Source of the DNA: Vitrella brassicaformis CCMP3155
Taxonomy: Eukaryota > Protista > Chromerida
Direction of reading: 5' to 3'
Assembly: GCA_001179505.1 (NCBI GenBank)
Contig: CDMY01000326.1
Coordinates: 1-64,000 of the forward strand
DNA length: 64,000 nt
Made by a program: the position numbers and the translations under genes
In this document: piece by piece, positions 36,215 through 48,647 of the stretch
Layout: the number at the start of each line of letters is the position of its first letter
Numbering within the stretch: position 1 is the first letter of the stretch
The notes under the pieces: generated by a model
What the model was told of the DNA's origin: nothing
The model's database searches: none
What the model saw: the letters and a program-made list of their open reading frames with translations, nothing else

Positions 36215-38550
36215 GGAGACGTGTGTGTGCATGGGTACCCCCTCCCTCCCTCCCTCCCTCCCTCTCTCCCTCCCTCTCTCCCTCTCTCCGTGTTAATTAC
36301 TTGTCGACGGCAAAGCTGAAGGGGATGTACTCTTTGTTGACGATGTGCACCGTCTCGTTGGCTTTGCCGCCCAGGAGGAGGCGGCCGAAGTTGACCTTGG
36401 GGCGGTCGAATCCCACGCGGGGCTCCTTCACCTGACCTAACAAGGCGAAACCTACACACACACACACAAGCACAGAGCTGTTTGTAGTATTGGTTCATTC
36501 CTTCCTTCTGCTTGCCGACCTTGCGCGACGTCCGTATTTGGTATGGTGAAGACCCAGTGCGCCTCGTGAGGCCCCGTAGAGGCGGGCGTGTACTCAAACA
36601 CCATCTCGAACTTCTTTCCAGGCAGTATGGTGCCCCGCTTGGTCGCACAGCGGAAGGCGTCAGGCTCCGAAACTGCACACACACACACACACGAAGCCAT
36701 CCACATATACAGAGGGATATGTGTGTGTATGTGTGTGTGTGTGTTCGCTTCGCTTACAGTCGTCTGTGGTTGCCTCTGCTGGTGATGGCGCGGCTGCCCC
36801 TGACTCCTGCACACACAGAGCTCAGCCGAGGGTGCAGACCGACAGACAGACAGGCAGGCAGGCAGGCAGACCTGCTTCCACATGAAGTCGTAGGGCTGCA
36901 GTGTGGTGTTGAGGACAAAGAACCGCCGCGTGTTGCGGACCATGGTGCCCATCGAGGCGAACTCCAACACATGCTCACGAGGGTCGATCGAACGTGTCTC
37001 CGACAACCTGACATTGACACACACACACACACACACCCCATCCCAACACACAATACCCAGCCAGCATTGTGCAGAGTGTTCCTTCCCCCCTGTCTCTCTT
37101 TCCCTCTGCTACTTGGTCTCCTCGGCTGGCTCCGGCGTGACAGGCTGTGCAGGGAACTCAAAATGGCACATCGGCCGCAGCGCATTCCCCTCAACCGCCG
37201 CCTCCAACCCCCCATCATCCCGGCCATCAGGCACTTGGCAGTACAGCACCCGGGCAAAGTCGACCATGTCTGTGGGCGAGAACCGGATGGTGACCTCCTG
37301 GCTCTGCTCGGGGGGCACCGAGCCTCTGTGCGGGGCGATCGAGTAGAAGGGCGGGTGGGGGTCCTCTCGTCTGGCGGATGGGTGGAGGAAGGCAAAGCGG
37401 AACGGCAGGGCGATCTTGGATTTGTTTCTCTGCCAGCCAAAGACGGCGAGGCAAGGAATGTGTGGACGAGAGAGAGAGAGAGAGAGAAACGTGTGCAGTT
37501 TTGGTACCAGTTGGAATTTGTAGGCTCGCGATCGGAATAGAATGGTCTTTGCGAAGATGACCTTGTTGCTCTCGATCGACCACTCGTACGCCATCTCGTC
37601 AGCGGCCGCAGTCACCTTGACCGGCACGTCTCTCTCAGTCCCCTGCACCACCTCGTGACGCGGCTCCTCCCTGCACACACACACACACACACACACGTCT
37701 CTAGATGGAAACGGGAAATGGGTTGTTTACCTGGTGAGCTCGACGATCATCTCCTCGTCCAAATCTTCTTCTGTCTCTCCCTCCTCTGCTGCTGCTGGTG
37801 GGGGTGGGGGCGCGGCTTTGGTATCCTTCTTGTCGGGCTTCTTGTCTCCTCCTTTCTTGTCGCCCTTCTTTGGCGCGGCGGCAGCAGCGAGCTTCGCCTC
37901 CATCTCCGCCTGCTTCGCCGCGAGGTACTCCTTGTGCTCGCGCCGGGTCATGACTCTCTGTTCCTTCATGGAGTTGTCCCACTCTGAAATATCTGCCGTC
38001 GTCTCTCGCTCACGGGGTGTCTCTTGCTCCCCCTCTGTGGCCTCCTCGCCGGGGGCTTTGTAGGCGATCCTGGCCATGGTGCAGGGGACGGGGAGGGACT
38101 TGACTGCCAGCTGCTGGGTGGGCTTGATGGTGAGGGTGATCGCCTTCTTGCTGTGAGGCTGCAGAGACACACAGACAGAGAGAGACAGACAGAGACACTA
38201 ATGGGTGCGCGCAGAAAGACGGAGGAGAGAGGGAGGGAGGAGGGAGGAGGGAGGGCACGTACCTGGATGTGTCCCACGGATGGCACCATCTTGCCGCACT
38301 CCGCCAGCTCGCCGGGCAGCGGCATCGGAAACTCGAATCGCATCGGGTGGTCACCGTTGTTCCTGAGGGTGAACACAGCCGATATTTCCTGACCGACGGC
38401 CACCTCGCCCGCGTCGAGCTCGTCGGGCTGAGCCGCTGCCCCCTGTGGCTGTGGCTGTGGGTGTGGCGGGGGGACGTCCCAGGCCCACTCGTCCTGGTAG
38501 CCCACTCCTTTGAACGTGATTGTGGTGTCCTCGAAGGCGTTCTGATGCCA

Positions 38551-38585
<35 letters not shown>

Positions 38586-39198
38586 CGCGCGATGGGCATA
38601 TTTCCTCTCCTGCTGTCGATCCTTGAGGTGTGCCTACCTGTAAGGTGTGCAGCCTCAAAGGCACGGCGTACTCCCCCTTGTCCACAGGCTTGAACACCAC
38701 GGCAAACGAGTGGCTCTGCTTGGGGTTCAGCGATATCGACGACGGGCACCTGACAGCCATGTGGGGCGAAGGCGGGGACGGCGCGTCGCACCGGACCGTC
38801 GCGGGGATGATGCCCCCGTTGTGCAAGGTGAACACCGCCTGCAGCCGACGACCCAAAGGCAGACGGCCGAAGTTGAAGCTGGGGCCCGTTGCCGGCTCGG
38901 CTGCTGCACAAAGGACGGGCGACGAGAGACGATCGTTCGAGATTTCCTTTTTTGTGGATTCTTTTCGGCGTACCTTCCCCCTTCTTGCCCTTTTCGGGGG
39001 GTGGCTCTGGCGGCGCGAATTGTGGGGGCATCTGGAAGGTGACTGTGGGCAGTGTGCCGTCCCCTCGGATCTCGAAGGCCAGGCCCTTTGTCTTCGGATC
39101 GGTCGCCCGTGCGACGGCGACGTCCACCATGGAGCTGTAGCGCTTGAGCGAGGAGGGCGTGAAGGTCACTGTCACATACCTGACAGAAAGCACCCATA

Positions 39199-39234
<36 letters not shown>

Positions 39235-42200
39235 CGAGGAGTCGGTTGCTTCATGAAAGTACCTACCGGTATTCGTGGGCGGGGATCGTCAAAGTCGCCG
39301 GCTCAATAGCAAACGCATCGTCCACCGGGGCCGCCCCCTTCCCACCGCCACCGGGCTTTCCGCCTTCCGCGGCCGCGCCCGCCGGCTTCACAGCTGCCGT
39401 CACCTCGATCGGAATAGAAGTGGGGTTGGTGATGCGGAAACGCTCCGCCGCTGGTGTGCTGCAGATGACCGGGCCGAAGTCAAAGACCTTCTCATCTTCA
39501 GAGTAGACGCGCGTCTCGATCTTGCCGGCGACGGTGACGGCCTCATCGAAGTTCTTGACGACGTATTGCTCCTCGAAGACCCAATCAAGCTGATATATGT
39601 GAGGGGGGCATACAGAGAGAAGGGGAGAGACATGCGTGTGTGTTGGGGNNNNNNNNNNNNNNNNNNNNNNNNNNNNNNNNNNNNNNNNNNNNNNNNNNNN
39701 NNNNNNNNNNNNNNNNNNNNNNNNNNNNNNNNNNNNNNNNNNNNNNNNNNNNNNNNNNNNNNNNNNNNNNNNNNNNNNNNNNNNNNNNNNNNNNNNNNNN
39801 NNNNNNNNNNNNNNNNNNNNNNNNNNNNNNNNNNNNNNNNNNNNNNNNNNNNNNNNNNNNNNNNNNNNNNNNNNNNNNNNNNNNNNNNNNNNNNNNNNNN
39901 NNNNNNNNNNNNNNNNNNNNNNNNNNNNNNNNNNNNNNNNNNNNNNNNATAATAGTGCCTACGTCATCACTGAGAGCGGGGACACAGCTTTCGGCTTGCA
40001 GCAGGTAGGTGGCTGCGGGCAGCAGGGGAGGCACCTCGTTTGGCCGGCCAACTGGGGCGGCAGGGGTGGTGGCTGCGGGAGCTCCTTCTGCGCTCTCCTT
40101 CTCCTTCAGCTGTTGCTGCTGCTCCTCTTGTCTCTTCTTCTTGAGTGCCTCCAGCGCCTCCCGAGCCTGCCGAAGCTGCTCCGTCTCCTCAGTCACCTGG
40201 ATGCCCTCAGCCTGCAACCAGCCACACCCCACAGTGCAATCAATACACACGATGCCTGTGTGGCCAACTGACCATGAGCACGAGGTTCAGGTCATGGTGC
40301 GCGTTGCCCTCCGCGGCGAAAGCCACGTCGACGGTCACGGTCGCGTTGCCCTCGACGAGCCCTTTGGCGGGGGTGACCTTGAACGCACCGACGGACATGG
40401 CCTCCCCTCCTGTGGCACCTGCTGCTGCACCGCCGCCTTTAGCGTCCTTCTTTGGAGGCGGAGCCTTGCCCTTGCCACCTGCACACACGCATTGAGTGGT
40501 GGGGGAGGGGGGGCGTGGTATGGGGGGGAGGGGAGGGTGTGTGTGGGGTTGGACTGACCTGCCGCCTGCTGTGTGTCGGGTGTTTGTGGCTTCGGGTCGT
40601 CAATCTGTGCGGAGCCGTCGGCGAGGGAGTCGAGGGTGACGAGTTGCCACCGGAAGGGGAAGTCGCCCTCGTTGCGGATCTCAAACGTCCTGACCGATCG
40701 ATGAACAAACGGCGCACAGACAGAGAGAGAGAGAGAGAGAGATTCGGGGAGAGATTCATATTGAAGAGGACACCATATTTCAGGCAGCCGCACACACGTA
40801 CTTGTTCGCGCCTTGTCCCGTCTCGAGCGCGCCGAAGGCGATGCCTCTCGGGGGGCTGACGGCCAGGTGGTTGTACTGCGCCTTGACGTGCAGCCTGATC
40901 GGGGGATGGGGCGGCTCGATCTTCTCGCCAGTGGAGGCCTCAAACACCGCCAGAAGGATCTCCTCGGTGCCGTCAATCGTCACCTGTATCAGCGCACAGA
41001 TGGGGCGGTGTGTTGGGGGCAGCAGCGGGGGAGGGAGAGGGAGGTCACCTCTGTGTTGCTGCAGCACTGTGCGGCGATGGGACATTCTTCGCCTGCTTGA
41101 AGCTCGCCGGTGAGCGGCTCGATAGACAGGAACTGACGCACCTGCTTCCGCCTTATCCTGCAGAAAAGACAAAACAACAAGACAACAACGAGCAGCCTCT
41201 GTGTGTCTTCGATTCGGTAAGGACTCCTTCCTGCCTCGCTCTGGCTGACTTGAAGTCGTATTTGACGGCGTATTTGCCGTCGTTTCTGAGTTTGAGGGTC
41301 TGTTCCTTCCGCTCCCGCACCCGCATGATGCCGAAGTCGAGGGAGGAGGCGCCCTCCGTCGGGTACACCACCTTGACGGCCACCTCAAACGCCTCCGCAG
41401 TCACTGCAGTATCAATGACAATCGATACAGCCAGAGAGGGAGAAGTCAGCAGAGACAGAGACCTTACGTTGTATGGGGATGTCCGGCTGCACCAGCGCTC
41501 CCTCCTCGATGTCCATGCAGCTGAGGGCCAGCCCGCAGTCCATCACACACGCACTCTCCGCGGCAAATGTAAACAGCACCTCTCGCTCCTCCCCCACCTG
41601 ACGTGACCACCACACCACACGCCATGAATCCATCCATCCATTTAACCACACACACATAGCTCGATGCAGGCACACGCACCTGCAGCGTGCCCTCCAGCGT
41701 TGTTTTCGGCTCTGCCGCTGCTGCCGCTGGTGCCGTAGCTGCGGTATTCTCATCCTCAGCTGCCTGTGGCTGTGTCGGGGGCTGTGTCGGGGGCTGGGGC
41801 GTTGGCGACTTGGGCGACTTGGGAGTCGGCTGCTGCTGGGGTGGTTGCTGGATGGAGTATGTGAAGCACGGGAGAAGCTTGTCGATGCCCTTCAGGACCC
41901 ACTTGACCGGCACGCTGCCCGCGTTGCTCACCTTCAACACCCTGACGTACATAAAGGAAGGGAAGGGAAACATTGCGGAGGCACGCTTAGCATGTGGATC
42001 GGATCCGTTTGATTTGTGCCTACGCAGTTCGTTTCTGTCGGAGTAGGAGCCGGCCGAAGTCGAGTTTGTCGGTGGCCACGGCGACCTTGGGGAGGGCACC
42101 CAATGCCGCCACGGGCAGCAGGATCGGCTCAGGGTTGTTCCGCACCGTCGCAACCACAGTGTCCTGCAGGAGACCATACACACATACACACCGACCTATG

Positions 42201-45200
42201 TCTCCCTCCCTGCCCCTCTCTGTGTGTGCCTCTGTAGCTGTGTGTGTGTGTGTGTGTGGCTGTGTGTGTACTCATTGTCACCTTGTAAGCGCCCTCCTTT
42301 GTAGGAAAGCACCAGACACGGAGGGTCCCCTTCTCGTTCGGCTCAAGGGTGAGCTTGGCGGGCTCCACAATGAAGGGGTACTCATCCAGCGGCGCCACGG
42401 GGAAGGCGGGCGTGTCGGTATCAACCGGGGGCGCCGCCTCGGCACCACCAGCAGCACCCGCCTTGCCGCCCTTCTTGTCTCCCTTGCCTCCTTTGGATGG
42501 TGCAGCGGCTGCATCCGCCGCACCGGCCTTGCTCGCCGACTCCAGGCAGAAGAAGACGGTGGTGGAGAACAGGGAGGGGTTGCTGATGGTGAGGGTCTCG
42601 TAGTGGTCGTGGAAGCCGCCCTGCCGCTCCCTCTCCCTCCGGGCCTTCTTCGGTGGAGGAGGCGGCTTGGCCACCGACTCAGGGTGGTCTGCTGCCTTCT
42701 CTTTCTCTTCACCAGCCGCTGGTGGTGGTGCTGATCCTTCCTCCTTCTCATGCTCTTGCTCTTGCTCGACCGCTGCAGCAGCAGGTGGGGGAGGTGCCTG
42801 GAGCTCTGCAATGAAGGCTTCTCGCTTGGCTGGGTCGCGGCCGATCAGAAGGGGGCCGAAATCGAAGACATTCTGACAACCAGAGAGAGAGACACAGACA
42901 GAGAGAGGGTACCCCGTGTGCCCGCCACTCACTAAGAGAAGGTCACCTTGCTTTGGTCGAAGTGTTTCCTGACGACCACTGCTCCCTTTTTGGGTTTGGC
43001 GAGTGCCCTCTTTCTGAAGAGCGTGGCGGGGTCGGTGTCGATCTGCGGCAGCGCACACCTGCCCGTCACATCCACAACGTGCACCTCCTTGCTCCCCGCT
43101 GCCGCACCAACCACCTCAAACCAAACGTCCGTCGTGTAGGTCCCTGCAAAGAGAGAGACACCCATAGACACCCAGAGACACCCAGAGAGAGAGAGAGAGA
43201 GAGCGAGTGCGACTTGCCAGGTTGTGTGGCTGGCTGTATGGGCACGTGCCTGTGGCCGATGCGAGGAACTGCACAAAGATCTTCTGCTCGCCCTTGGGTG
43301 GGATGATCCACCGGCTCTGCGTCGAGGAGAACGCGGGCGCCTCCTCCTTTGGCGGCTCCACGGGCTCCTCCGAGCCCTTGCCTTTCTTCTTCTCGGCCCC
43401 CTTGGCCCCCTTCTTCTCATCGACAGGGGGCGGGGGCGGTGTCTCCACCTTCCTCTCTGCCTCTGGGATGGGCGTCAGCAGCACGAACGAGGGGTTGGGT
43501 GCGCGAGGGGGGCGCACAGGCGGGCGCGTGACGATCTGCTGGAAGGTGGGGGGCGGGATGGGGGGCTCGGTGGGGATCTTTGGTTTGGGGATGAGGGCGC
43601 AGAGGTCTGTGATGAAGGCGTCGAGTGGGGGGCCTTCGATGTCGATGTGCAGCACCTCCACCGTTGGTTCTTGCTGCTCTTCGGCGACCTCTTTGGGCGC
43701 AACTCGCTCTTTGTCTTCTGTTGCCGGCTCGGCTGCTTCGCCCTCCTGCTGGTCCTCATCTGCGACTTTCTCCCCTTCCACATCAGCAGCAGCAGCAGGG
43801 GCAGGGGCAGGGGCAGGGGCAGGGGCAGGGGCAGGAGCAGGAGTTTCCACTTTCTCTTCCACCGTTGGATGTTTCTGCAGCCACTCGACCCTCTTGTGCA
43901 CATGGACAAGCAGCCTACGGATGGCCTCCTGCTGCTCAGATGTGGGAGGGGAGGCCACCTCGCCCGCTGGCTGGTCTTTGAAGACGGTCGTCTTGAGGTA
44001 CTGCGCGTCGCTCTCGAGCTTCTCGGCTTCCGTCTCCTGCTCTCTGATCGTGTCCCCAAGCTCCTTCATGCGCCTGTTGGCCGCCTCGCTCTCAGGCGGG
44101 GCCGCTGCCTCTGCTGATGGCATCTCGCCTTCGCCTTCGGCAGGCTGCTGCCCTTCACCACCACCAGCCGCCGCCGCTAGCTCATCGTGTTCTTTCCGCG
44201 CTGCCTCCATGGACGACCGGAGCTCATCGAGGCGGGATCGCAAGTGCTCGTCCAGCCGGCGATAGAAGTCCATCCAAGCCTGGATCTGGGCCTTGGGGAT
44301 GAAAGAGTCGGCGTCGTCTGTCGGTGGTGCTGCTAGTGGTTCCTCGTCTGCTTCCGGGATCTCCAGCTGCAGACAGTGAGGGAGAAAGGGAGGCAGACTT
44401 GGATGGATGGATGGATGGATGTGTGGGAGCATTGTTGACCTGTGCGTGGACAGCTCTGAACTTCTCCTCCTTCATCGCCCTCACGAAGAGCTGCACGTCC
44501 ACAGGCGGCTTGACAAACAGGCTGGGCCGCCCCGCGCAGTCCAGAACCACCCCCGCATTGCAGTCAGCAAAGGCCACCCTCCTCTCTATGAGCACCTTCA
44601 CCACCTCCACATCCAAGTCGTACCACCCCGCAGGCGGCGTCCGCTCAACCACAACCGTCTCCCCCTTCTTCGCCTTCTTGGCGGCTTTCTCGGCCGCGTC
44701 CACCTGCTGCTGCCACTGGGCGTCCTTCTCCGCCACCCTCTGTCGGATCTTTTCGATCATTTCCTGCAGAGAGGTATCGCTGCTGAGTGCGCTGGTGCGT
44801 GCGGGGCCGCCGTCGAGGGCCCACTGGACGACGGAGTCGATCGTGAGGGTTTTGCGCTTCTGTGGCTCGATTGCGGCGAGGACAGCTGCGGACCCGGCGA
44901 GAGGGGGGGAGAGGAGGATGATGTTCAGCCTGTCGTCTTGGGGCACTCTGAAGGGGTGTCTCGACTGGTCCTCCAGCTCAGGGTCGAACACGGCCGCTTC
45001 CACCTCCCCCTCCCCGTCTCCTTCTTGCCCTTCCTGTTCCAGGGGAAGCGGGGGTGTAGCCTTGCCCTCGCCCTCTTGCTCCCCCTCCTGTGCTGCAGCG
45101 GCCGCCTCCTCAGCCGCCTTCCTCTCCGCCTCAACCCGCTCCCTCTCTCTCTCTTCCTCCATCTGAATCTCGCGGATTTCCTGCCAAAGCGGCGCCCCAG

Positions 45201-47207
45201 GCGGCCGGATGGCCATGACGGTCTGCTTGAACTCGTCGTACTGGGTGTACTTGCGCAGCCACTCCTCTTCTTGCTCGTGCTGGGGGTCAAAGTCGACGGC
45301 GAAGACCTCGATGGGGTGGTCGCTGGGGTTGCTGAGCACCAGGAGGCCGCTCTCGGGGACAGTCTTCTCGTACGGCAGCACTGGACCTGAAGCGGATGGA
45401 TACGGAAAGACAAGGACAGACGGACGATGCTTGTGTGGGTGTCGGTGTGGGTGTTGCTGTGTGTGGTGTGTACCCAGGCTCATTTTGTTCGGCTCAAGGA
45501 CAAGCCGCAGCGGCACCCCCATCCCCCTCATGTGCAGTGCCTTCTGCCGGGCGTTCTCCTTGATCCGCAGCGCCAGCACTCCCGCCAGCCCGCTCCCCCC
45601 CGGCCCACGCGGCACAAACATCAGCCGCACATCCATCCACTCCCCCGGGCTCAGCGACCCTCCCATGGGGTCGATCCGGAAGGGGCGTTTCTCGGGCGGC
45701 AGTCGCCTGCCCAGCCGGTCGCGCGGCTCCCGGTAGGACCATTCCACGGGCACCTCCTTGGAGTTCCTGAATCGGACGGTGATCGTTTTGCGTTGTCCGA
45801 TGATGACGGGGCCGAAGTCGAGAGTGTCGGAGGAGAGGGTGAGGTCGGGGATGACATACTTGGCGCGGAGGATGACGCGGTAGCCAGGGCCTTTGGAGAC
45901 GGGGAGGATCCAGTCGACTTCGCTTAGACCTGCCAGCCCAGCCACACTCTGTCATGTGGGTATGTATTTGGGGTAGAGTGGTACCTTACCTTCTGGTCCG
46001 TCGCGTGAGCGTGTAGCTGTTATGGCAAAGTCCAGACTCGCCCCGGCATGCAGGTCTCTCACATATTCCGGCGACACGGTGTATCCCGTGTTCATCGACA
46101 GCTTCCGGTTGGGCGTGATGGTGATCGGCTCGTGGTAGCAGTTGACCAGCTGCACGGTCTTCTTCCTGCTGTCGCCCAGAATGATGTGCCCAAAGTCGCA
46201 CAGGTACTCGGCGGCGGTGATCTGCAGCCCTTCGATCATCTTCTTGGCTCGTGAGCTGAAGGCCACGCCGAAGCCGCTGGACGTGGTGGTGTTGCCAGCG
46301 CCCTGGACGCCGCCGCCTTCTGTGCTCATGCCGAGACTGCTGCTGGTGGTCTTCATCGCCTCCTCTTTCTCTGCACTGGGCTTCTTCGCCGCGGCGGCAG
46401 GCTTCTCTGCTGCTGCTGCTGCTGCTGCTTTGGGAGAAGGCCTGGGGGATGATTTCTCAGCTGTCTCTCCCTTTGCGGCCTTCGCCTTCTTTGCTGGTGC
46501 TGCAGGCTCGGGCATTGTCAGCTTCTCCATCATCTGAAAAGGCGATTCGGTGGATCCGTTGTCTGTCTCTCGACGGCCCTTTTGCCCTCACTCACCTGTT
46601 CATAGTACTGCTTGAGCACCTCACAGAGGTTGAATCGGTCCACCTCATAGGCCACCTCGGTCGGCAGCGGCTCAGGCGGCGCCAGCATCGACAAGAACTC
46701 GCTCCCCCGGCTCTCCTGAGACACCGACTTGCTGCGCTTCTCAGAGAGATTCGACTCCTCACGCGTGAGCTCCCGCGTGGGCCGGGAGTCCATGGGCGCT
46801 TGCCGCGACTGTCGGGAGACTGCGCTGATGGCCGAGCCGACGGACTGCCTCGATGGGGGGCGGGAGGCGTTCGAGCGGGGGGAGACGTTGTGGCCCGCTC
46901 CGCTGCGATCGGTGATGGACGCTGCGGTTTCTCCGAGTGGGATCATGGCCTGGTGTCTTCTCTCGGCCTGTGCTCTCAGCCACCTCTCCTTGAGCCGCCT
47001 CTTGGCCTCCTCTGCCTCTTGGTCGAACTTGGACTCGTCGACGCGGGGCAGGCTGAGGACGATGCCAGGGAAGACACCCTCGCCGCGGACACGGACGGGG
47101 ACCGGCTCGAAGTGTGCGGCTTCCAGAAGGAGCTCCTCGTCCATCTCGTCGGGGATGCCTGCACACACCGCCATATGTCTCTATATGTCTCTCTATTTCT
47201 CTCTATG

Positions 47208-47247
<40 letters not shown>

Positions 47248-48613
47248 TGGGTCCCCCGGGGGTGGGGGGTTCTGACCTGGTCTGAATTTGAGTTGGAGTT
47301 TCTGTTTGCCGCCCGGCTTGACGAGGCCCACTGCTGGCGCCGCGTCGAGCGCCCACGTGTTGCGGAGGCGGTCGAAGAGCAGCGAGTAGTGAAAGGCCAC
47401 ACGACCAGGGTTGGACAACATCACCTCTCTGACACAAGAAAGACACCCCATCCACAGACACGGACACAGACACACCTCTCCCTCCCTCCTTCCCTCACCA
47501 ACCCGTCAACTACAGCGTTATATGGTATGCGCCCAAAGTTGATGACATCCTTGTCGAGCACGTAGCGGAGAGAGGATGCCTCGCCCTTGATGCGGATCGA
47601 GTAGTCCGGCCCACCATCCACCACACACATGGCCGTGGCCGTCACGCGCCGGTTGGGCACGCCGAAAAAGGACAGGCTCACCAGCTGCGTGGCGCCCGCC
47701 TCAAGCCGCCCCATTATCGGCAGTATGTCAAAGATCTGGTTGATGGGCACCTCTGCCATCGCCCCTGTCTCCCCCTCCCCCACAACAGTATACGCCGGGG
47801 ACGCTTCACCTGGCGGCTGCAAGTGCGATGGAGCCGGTGGTGGGGCCGGGGGAGCCGCCTCCTGTGGTATGGCGCTTGGCGAAGAGCCGGCCTTGGCTGC
47901 CACGGGGCTGGGGGGGACGTTGGGGGCGGGCGGCGCCAGCGCACTGGCACTCGGCGCAGCGGAGCCTTTTCTCTTGCCTTTGCCGAGGGAGGTGCCGATT
48001 GGCTGCTGCGTGTGCTCGGTGAAGCACCAGCGATAGTCGACGGGCAGGATGCTCGTGTTGGTCATCGTTAGGACCATCTGACACACACAGAGGGAGGGAG
48101 GGAGGGAGGGAGGGAGGGGTGTGTGTGTGTGTGTACGTGTGTATGCCGCGCACAGCCAACCTTTTTGTCAGTGTCGTTGAGGATAGAGCCGAAGGAGATG
48201 TCGGTGGGGTCGAGCTCGATGTTTGGGAAGGCCACCTCGCCCACCAGCCCCACCACATCTCGCTGGGGGTGGCCGTCGTACACTATCGTCATCTTCTGCC
48301 TAACACACACACACACACACCTCCTCTCTACAATGTCTCCTCTCCCTAACGTCCCTCGCTGTTCTGCCTGCAGCGCTCACCGAACGGCTCCCGACTTGTG
48401 ATCTCCTCTAAAGTGGGGGTCGAATTCCACGGTGACGACGGCCTTGTCTGTAGGGCGGAGGTTGAAGCGCTCGGCCGAGATGGAGAAGGGGTGGAGGCAC
48501 TTGACCGAGAAGGACACATCTAGGGGGGAGATGTTGGTCATCGTCAGGTCGTGACGCAGCGGCGCCGAGGTGGCGCTTCCTTCCTCCTCTTTCGCCCACG
48601 CATAGCTGACACA

Positions 48614-48647
<34 letters not shown>

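Noticed and set aside
43799-43842. (GCAGGG)n tandem repeat, G-quadruplex-like
   Set aside because: Encodes a Pro-Ala linker inside a HYDIN exon; ordinary low-complexity coding sequence.
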